From the NCBI GenBank assembly GCA_045575975.1, contig JAZNFO010000014.1, positions 1,611-65,610 on the forward strand: a stretch of DNA of 64,000 nucleotides. Reading direction: 5' to 3'. Both the position numbers and the translations under genes were made by a program. The notes under the pieces were generated by a model that did no database searches, was not told the DNA's origin, and was given only the letters and a program-made list of their open reading frames with translations. This document shows, piece after piece, positions 58,523 to 64,000 of this stretch; position 1 is the stretch's first letter; every line of letters starts with the position of its first letter. Source of the stretch: Clostridia bacterium (GTDB taxonomy: Bacteria > Bacillota > Clostridia > Monoglobales > Monoglobaceae).

Positions 58523-60067
58523 TTAGTTGCCAAGTGATTCCTTTGATAAAACAGTAACAGGTGCATCATAGCACATAAAAATATCATCAATAGTTTCCGT
58601 TGATAGCTTTTTAGTGAATATACTGAATACAGGAACTATAACTAATCCGCCAAGCATTGCAATAACACCGCAGTTAATAGGTGATTGCATAATAACAGGG
58701 AACATCGGACGGAAAAGCATATTTAAAATCATAATGCCAGCCCCAAAAATAAAGCTAGCCCAAACGGAAGTTTTTGTAGCCTTTTTCCAGTATAATCCAT
58801 AAAGGAAAGGTGCAAGAAAAGCTCCTGCAAGTGCACCCCAGGAAATACCCATCATATCAGCAATTGCACTTAGTTTATCCTTGTTTATAGCGATATATGC
58901 AGAGATTGCAACAAAAACAACAATAAGTATTCTCATTGTAAGTAATTGTTTTTTCTCATTCATGTCTTTTATAATATGACCTTTTAAAAGGTCAAGAGTG
59001 AGTGTTGAACTTGATGTTAAAACAAGAGATGAAAGGGTAGACATTGATGCAGAAAGCACCAATATAATAACAATTGCAATTAAAATATCAGGAAGACCTG
59101 AAAGCATAGTCGGTATAATTGAGTCAAATCCCCCTTCAATGGAGCCGTTTGGCAGGAATGTAAGATTATCCGTAAAAAGTCTGCCGAAACCGCCGAGGAA
59201 ATAACAACCTCCTGCAACGATAGTTGCAAATACAGTTGAAATAATTGTGCCCTTGTTTATATCTTTTTCGCTTTTTATAGCATAGAATTTTTGAACCATC
59301 TGTGGAAGTCCCCAGGTGCCGAGAGATGTTAATATAACAACAAACAAAAGTCCAAGAGGGTCAGGCCCGAAGAAGGAATTGAATACCCCCGGAGCAAGAC
59401 CATCTGCTTCTATTCTTGCAAGGCCTTCAAGAGACTCTATAAATCCTCCGTTTTTTGAAAGAACTGCAAATATAACCATAACGATACCGATAAGCATAAT
59501 TATACCTTGGATAAAGTCATTTATAGCAGTTGCCATATATCCTCCGGCAATAACATAAATGCCGGTGAGAATTGCCATTATTATAACACAAACGGAATAA
59601 TCAATGTTTGGAAATGCCATGGAGAAAAGTCTTGAAAGTCCGTTGTAAAGAGATGCGGTGTATGGTATTAAAAACACAAATACGATAATAGCTGCGGCAA
59701 TTTTAAGTGACGGGCTTAAATATCTTTTTCCAAAAAATTCAGGCATAGTGGATGATTTTAAATGCTGAGACATAAGCCTTGTTCGTCTGCCTAAAACAAC
59801 CCAGGCAAGCAGTGAACCTAAAAATGCATTACCAAGACCAATCCAGGTTGATGCAACGCCAAATTTCCATCCAAATTGTCCTGCATAACCTACGAATATT
59901 ACTGCTGAAAAATATGATGTACCATATGCAAAGGCAGTAAGCCAGGGGCCAACATTTCTTCCGCCAAGAACAAAGCCTGAAACATCTGTAGCATTGCGAC
60001 GACAGTAGATTCCTATACCAACGGTAACTGAGAAAAACACGATAAGTAATAAAATTTTGATAGCCAT
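58523..60067 (-). CDS. Sodium:solute symporter (SSS) family transporter
   Basis: 514 aa, about 13 TM helices. The N-terminal GGRNVGPWLTAFAYGTSYFSA motif is characteristic of SSS carriers. Confidence 0.85.
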   Translation of the reverse strand: MAIKILLLIVFFSVTVGIGIYCRRNATDVSGFVLGGRNVGPWLTAFAYGTSYFSAVIFVGYAGQFGWKFGVASTWIGLGNAFLGSLLAWVVLGRRTRLMSQHLKSSTMPEFFGKRYLSPSLKIAAAIIVFVFLIPYTASLYNGLSRLFSMAFPNIDYSVCVIIMAILTGIYVIAGGYMATAINDFIQGIIMLIGIVMVIFAVLSKNGGFIESLEGLARIEADGLAPGVFNSFFGPDPLGLLFVVILTSLGTWGLPQMVQKFYAIKSEKDINKGTIISTVFATIVAGGCYFLGGFGRLFTDNLTFLPNGSIEGGFDSIIPTMLSGLPDILIAIVIILVLSASMSTLSSLVLTSSSTLTLDLLKGHIIKDMNEKKQLLTMRILIVVFVAISAYIAINKDKLSAIADMMGISWGALAGAFLAPFLYGLYWKKATKTSVWASFIFGAGIMILNMLFRPMFPVIMQSPINCGVIAMLGGLVIVPVFSIFTKKLSTETIDDIFMCYDAPVTVLSKESLGN

Positions 60068-60124
60068 AATAAATATACTCCTTTTTTTGATATCAAAGGA
60101 CGCGTTTTATTAGCCGACCGAATA

Positions 60125-60405
60125 AAATAAAAAACGCCCTCTGAATTTTAATCAGAGGGCGAGAAATATCCCGCGGTACCACCTCAGTTCACTGTCATCT
60201 CACGGTGACAGCCTTGTAAGTATCAGACAATACTTATGTGCTGTAACGGGCACTCCCGTAGTAGCCTACTTAAAATAAAATTTTGTTCGGTACTCTGCTC
60301 GCAGAATGTATTCAAAATGCATCCATTTCTGTCTCGCACCAAACGACAGCTCTCTCAAAACTTCACACATTTTTACTATTTTCCGGTCATGGCATTTATT
60401 ATACT
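60125..60405 (-). promoter_or_regulatory. T-box riboswitch leader, specifier codon UAC (Tyr)
   Basis: All on the minus strand. Stem I has a K-turn (UGC-CAU-GA / GA-GCA). The specifier loop has 5' AGUA (60377-60374) and 3' GAA-UAC-A, with the codon at 60310-60308. AG bulge GAGAGAGC and distal loop UUUGGUGCGAG are present, as is an F-box CCGUUA. The T-box core GGUGGUACCGCG is at 60183-60172. A terminator CGCCCUCUGA-loop-UCAGAGGGCG plus U6 (60161-60129) follows. Confidence 0.9.
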
Positions 60406-60409
60406 AAAA

Positions 60410-60438
60410 ATAATATCACAGCTTAGTCCTTGTGTCAA
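60410..60438 (-). promoter_or_regulatory. Sigma-A promoter driving the T-box leader
   Basis: Minus strand reads TTGACA (60438-60433), a 17-nt spacer ending in TGa, then TATTAT (60415-60410). Confidence 0.75.
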
Positions 60439-60475
60439 GAACTTTTTTGTATTTTCTTAGTAATTTTTAGCAGTT

Positions 60476-61312
60476 TTAATCTATTATCATATTAGCATCT
60501 GTATCAAAGATATTATCAAGCCACTCTGTTGCAAGATTTATCCATTTTGCAGCATGAGGATCTAAAAGTTCTCTGATATCTGTTTCTTTGTCTACGGTTG
60601 AAAGTCCGTGAGTGCCTTTTGTAAATATATGCATTTCAAAAGGTATGTCATTTTTCTTAAGTGCATTTGCAAACAAAAGTGAATTTTCAACGGGGACAGC
60701 ATTATCTTCCATAGTGTGCCAGATAAATGTTGGAGGAGTATCCTTTGAAACTCTGTTTTCAAGAGATAAATATTCAAGCATTTCTTTATCATCTTTTCTG
60801 TCTCCAAGAAGATTGTTAAAAGAACCTCTGTGTGCCTTTTCTCCGCTTGAAATAACGGGGTATGAAAGGATTAATGCATTTGGCTTGTTTGATTTGTCAG
60901 CACATTTAATCGACTCTTCTGAATTCCAGAGTGTGCCGATGCTTGCTGTAAGATGTCCCCCGGCAGAAAAACCGCAAACTGCAATTTTATCAGGATCAAC
61001 ATTCCATTTTTCTGCATTCTCTCTGATTAGTTTCAAACTATTTGAAACTTCTTCAAGAGCCGTTGGAAAAACACAAGGAGACACACTATAATTAATAACA
61101 AAGGCGTGATAGCCTGCAGCATTAAATCTTATTGCAATAGGTTCTGCTTCTATGGGGCTACAGAATGCATATCCGCCCCCCGGACAAATAAGAACAGCAG
61201 GGCGTTTTCTTGGTATTTCCGGTCTCAATGTTTCATCAAGCACATATGTAGTTAATGTCGGAATGAAACCGTTTTTATTTGGTTCTCTTAGGTTTATGGT
61301 TTCGAAATTCAT
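60476..61312 (-). CDS. Alpha/beta-hydrolase esterase (Aes/HSL-like)
   Basis: Oxyanion PGGGY, nucleophile elbow GFSAGGH, and a C-terminal His in THGL. Confidence 0.8.
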   Translation of the reverse strand: MNFETINLREPNKNGFIPTLTTYVLDETLRPEIPRKRPAVLICPGGGYAFCSPIEAEPIAIRFNAAGYHAFVINYSVSPCVFPTALEEVSNSLKLIRENAEKWNVDPDKIAVCGFSAGGHLTASIGTLWNSEESIKCADKSNKPNALILSYPVISSGEKAHRGSFNNLLGDRKDDKEMLEYLSLENRVSKDTPPTFIWHTMEDNAVPVENSLLFANALKKNDIPFEMHIFTKGTHGLSTVDKETDIRELLDPHAAKWINLATEWLDNIFDTDANMIID

Positions 61313-61323
61313 TATTATATCTC

Positions 61324-62691
61324 CTATCTTTCGCTTATCGGTGTGTACGAACTTCTCTTAACAACATTTTTATAAGCAGGTCTTATTATTTTTCCGCCTG
61401 TCATAATTTCTTCGATTCTGTGGGCACACCAACCAACAATTCTTGCCATAGCAAATATTGGAGTATAAAGTTCTTCCGGAATGTTAAGCATCTGATAAAT
61501 AAAGCCTGAATAAAAGTCAACATTTGCAGGCATAGGAGCGGTGATGCCCTTAACATTATAAAATGCTTCAGGAGCTTTTTCTTCAATCAGATTGTATAGA
61601 TTAAATTCATCCATTCTGCCTGTTTCTCCGGCAAGCTTTCTTGCACATTCTTTTAAGATAACAGCCCTGGGGTCTGATAATGTGTAGATTGCATGGCCAA
61701 TACCATAGATAAGACCTGACTTGTCTCCGGCTTCTTTTTTTAGTATTTTTTCAAGATAAGCAAGAACCTCTTTTTCGTCAGTCCAGTTTTTAACATTTTC
61801 TTCTATTTCTTTCATCTGGGTTAGAGTCTTTGCATTGGCACCGCCGTGTTTTGGTCCTTTTAATGAACCAATGGCTGCTGCAACAGAAGAATATGTATCG
61901 GTGTTGCTTGATGATAAAACCCTGATAGTAAAAGCAGAGTTATTACCACCACCATGTTCTGCGTGAAGCATCAAGCATAGGTCCAGAACCTCTGCTTCAA
62001 GCTTTGTGTATTTATGGTTTGCCCTTGTCATATAGAAGAAATTCTCAGCTATTGAAAGCTCCGGATTCGGGTTATGCAGAACAAGACTTTTATGGTCGTA
62101 GTAATGACATTTTGCAGCATATGCATATGCAATAAGTGTTGGAAAACGGGCAATAAGATTAAGACTCTGGCGAAGCAGGTCATCAAGTTCTATGCTGTCG
62201 GGATTTTTGGTGTCATATGAATAAAGTGCAAGAACACTTCTTGCAAGCTTGTTCATAATGTTATCACTGGGAGCCTTTAAAATCATATCCTCTGCAAAAT
62301 TTTCAGGTAATGTTCGTTTTTTTGAAAGCATTGATGTGAATTTGTCGAGCTGTTCTCTGTTTGGTAGAAAACCAAATGTAAGAAGAAAAACAACTTCTTC
62401 AAAACCGTATCGGCCTTCTTTCTGGCAACTTCTGACAATGTCTTCAATGCTTATTCCGCGGTATCTCAGTGTTCCTTCAATGGGAGATTTTGCACCCTCA
62501 TCAAGAACATATCCGTGAACCTCGCCAATAGCAGTAAGCCCTGCAAGAACACCTGTACCGTCAGGGTTTCTGAGTCCTCTTTTAACATTATATTCACCAT
62601 AAAAATGGGAAGGAATATTTTCAAATGATTTGTTTTGATGTGTTATGTGCTGTATGTATTCTGTCAAAGATTCTCTCATAAGTTTGGGCAC
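61324..62691 (-). CDS. Citrate synthase
   Basis: 455 aa. LHAEHGGGNNSAF and GPKHGGAN motifs. Confidence 0.9.
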   Translation of the reverse strand: MPKLMRESLTEYIQHITHQNKSFENIPSHFYGEYNVKRGLRNPDGTGVLAGLTAIGEVHGYVLDEGAKSPIEGTLRYRGISIEDIVRSCQKEGRYGFEEVVFLLTFGFLPNREQLDKFTSMLSKKRTLPENFAEDMILKAPSDNIMNKLARSVLALYSYDTKNPDSIELDDLLRQSLNLIARFPTLIAYAYAAKCHYYDHKSLVLHNPNPELSIAENFFYMTRANHKYTKLEAEVLDLCLMLHAEHGGGNNSAFTIRVLSSSNTDTYSSVAAAIGSLKGPKHGGANAKTLTQMKEIEENVKNWTDEKEVLAYLEKILKKEAGDKSGLIYGIGHAIYTLSDPRAVILKECARKLAGETGRMDEFNLYNLIEEKAPEAFYNVKGITAPMPANVDFYSGFIYQMLNIPEELYTPIFAMARIVGWCAHRIEEIMTGGKIIRPAYKNVVKRSSYTPISER

Positions 62692-62699
62692 ATCCTTTC

Positions 62700-63290
62700 T
62701 TAAAAGCTTTTATTTATTTCTTCAATTGCGGCCTGATATTTTTCAGGACCGATTGATTTGTTGATTATATCAAGCATAGCATTTGCGGAAATTCTCAAAG
62801 GAAGTCCAAGAATTCGGGCAAGGCGTTTTCTTTTTTCAGCACTGTCTGTTTTTCCGCTGAGTCCGTCGCTGAAAAATCTTGCTTTGTCAATTTGAATAAG
62901 GTGTTCTGCATTCCTTTGAACGGAAGCTTTTTTCAGAATATCAGAAAGAGTATCATCTGATATTCCCTCAACACCTAAAAGTCCTTCCTTTCCGGGGACT
63001 TGCTTTCTTTTTTCCTTTCCTTCAATTGTTGGGATATAGGCATTAACTATTCTTCCTTTTTCTCCAATGCATTGTCTAAGGTAATTTCTGATTCTGAACC
63101 CCGCAGAATCAGAGTCGGTGAGAATAATTATTCCTTTTTCTATTGCACAGGATTTTAAAAATTGTATCAGTGATTTGTTTTTGTATAAGGAAAATCCTCC
63201 CGTGCACACAATAGGGGCATCGGTGATTTTTTTTAACTTTTCCTTATCAAATTTTCCTTCAACAACAATTGTTTCTTCTATGTGAAGCAT
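62700..63290 (-). CDS. Toprim-domain protein (RNase M5-like / DUF4093)
   Basis: N-terminal IVVEGKFD and ILTDSDSAG Toprim acidic motifs, 196 aa. Confidence 0.65.
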   Translation of the reverse strand: MLHIEETIVVEGKFDKEKLKKITDAPIVCTGGFSLYKNKSLIQFLKSCAIEKGIIILTDSDSAGFRIRNYLRQCIGEKGRIVNAYIPTIEGKEKRKQVPGKEGLLGVEGISDDTLSDILKKASVQRNAEHLIQIDKARFFSDGLSGKTDSAEKRKRLARILGLPLRISANAMLDIINKSIGPEKYQAAIEEINKSF

Positions 63291-63435
63291 TTAATCACCA
63301 ACTGAAATATAGTATTAATTGACTATTATACCAAATATCAGGACAGGTGTCAATAGATTGAAAACTGAAAACAAAGGGATTTTGGTATAAATTTTATTTC
63401 CTTGAAAAAAATAAAAACAAAAAAGGAGAAAAACA

Positions 63436-63798
63436 TTGGAGATAATTAAAAGATACCGAAAAGAAGCTATCATAGGGTTTGCAAGTGGGATACTGAACGG
63501 AATGTTTGGAAGTGGAGCGGGGACAGTTGTTGTTTTTGCTATGGAAAGATTTTTGAAAACAGATGCTAAGAAAACTCATTCAAGTGCTGTTTTGATAATC
63601 CTTATTATGTCTTTGGTCAGTGCCTGTTTTTATGTGTCAAACGGTTATTTTGATTTAAAATTATGGCTGGGTGCAGTAACAGGTGGTGTCCTTGGCGGAA
63701 TTTTGGGGGCGAAAGTTCTTTCCAAAATAAAAACAAAGTGGCTGAAGCTTATTTTTTCTTTTTTCGTTTTATGGGCAGCATATAAAATGATTTTTTAG
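63436..63798 (+). CDS. Half-size TauE/SafE-family membrane protein (4 TM)
   Basis: 120 aa. GxxxG-rich helices and a C-terminal GGILGAKVLSKI...LKLIFSFFVL pattern. TTG start follows AAGGAGA. Confidence 0.7.
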   Translation: MEIIKRYRKEAIIGFASGILNGMFGSGAGTVVVFAMERFLKTDAKKTHSSAVLIILIMSLVSACFYVSNGYFDLKLWLGAVTGGVLGGILGAKVLSKIKTKWLKLIFSFFVLWAAYKMIF

Positions 63799-63809
63799 GA
63801 GAACGGGAT

Positions 63810-64000
63810 ATGATAATAACAATTATTGCAGGAATTATAAGCGGTATTATAAGTGGAATGGGCATAGGTGGAGGAGCAATTTTAATCCCCGCACTTTTGC
63901 TTATATCAGACATTTCTCAAAAAACCGCACAGGGGATAAATCTTGTTTATTTTATTCCCACTGCCATTTTTGCATTGATAATACACCTGAAAAATAAAAG
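63810..64000 (+). CDS. Second half-size TauE/SafE-family protein (5' partial, runs off the window)
   Basis: ATG 63810 behind a GGAGAA SD. Translation is MIITIIAGIISGIISGMGIGGGAILIPALL...; the GGG..L.P motif is typical of a TauE N-terminus. Confidence 0.7.
   Translation, partial: MIITIIAGIISGIISGMGIGGGAILIPALLLISDISQKTAQGINLVYFIPTAIFALIIHLKNK

Noticed and set aside
60323-60325. UGG (Trp) as an alternative T-box specifier (minus strand GAAAUGGAU)
   Set aside because: It sits in the upper part of Stem I, just 3' of the distal helix. It is not in the internal loop framed by the AGUA and GAA S-turn elements, where UAC followed by A is found. The UGGU acceptor-pairing bulge predicts an A73 discriminator (Tyr/Phe type), not the G73 I recall for bacterial tRNA-Trp.
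60236-60460. 74-aa plus-strand ORF
   Set aside because: It lies antisense to, and entirely within, the T-box leader and its promoter. The RNA structure explains the sequence.
1-64000. Search for CRISPR arrays, IS elements/transposases, integrases, prophage genes, toxin-antitoxin pairs, retrons and restriction-modification or other defence genes
   Set aside because: I saw no direct-repeat/spacer periodicity and no ORF with recognisable motifs of these classes. Gene content and synteny are those of a conserved core region. This was a visual scan only, so small or degenerate elements could have been missed.

Overview
This window looks like a core-chromosome segment of an AT-rich, spore-forming Firmicute of the class Clostridia. 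That placement is judged by eye from gene content: ylbJ/yqfC/yqfD sporulation genes, an SLH-domain surface protein, NfnAB, Rex and a GTP-type PEP carboxykinase. No search or GC computation was run, and all protein calls rest on recognising family motifs in the supplied translations. I support about 56 protein-coding genes, one tRNA-Pro(GGG), one T-box riboswitch, a probable L20-type leader upstream of infC, several near-consensus sigma-A promoters and about a dozen intrinsic terminators. The genes are mostly housekeeping: translation (infC-rpmI-rplT, rplI, serS, gltX, trpS, tilS, tsaEB, typA, era, ybeY), replication and repair (topA, dprA, dnaB, recO, ruvX, ogg), central and redox metabolism (fba, aconitase, citrate synthase, pck, nfnAB, rex), potABCD and c-di-AMP turnover (yybS-gdpP). 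I saw no CRISPR array, transposase, integrase, phage genes or obvious defence island. The most system-like and least explained feature is a tightly packed seven-gene minus-strand unit at 51.9-60.4 kb. It carries a Na+/solute symporter, an amidohydrolase_2-type hydrolase, an acyl-CoA ligase, IorA, IorB, PaaK and an ACT protein. A T-box leader whose specifier loop reads UAC (Tyr) sits in front of it. Starvation-inducible control of an arylpyruvate:ferredoxin oxidoreductase / arylacetate-CoA ligase set argues for an aryl-acid to tyrosine salvage route by reductive carboxylation rather than catabolism. Smaller observations include a YqzL-like 48-codon ORF missed by the ORF track, a non-AUG (AUA) infC start, two related GC-rich palindromic intergenic elements, aminoacyl-tRNA synthetase genes with no room for T-box leaders, and tandem half-size TauE genes. 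Several ORF-track N-termini were shortened to starts with proper Shine-Dalgarno (SD) spacing.
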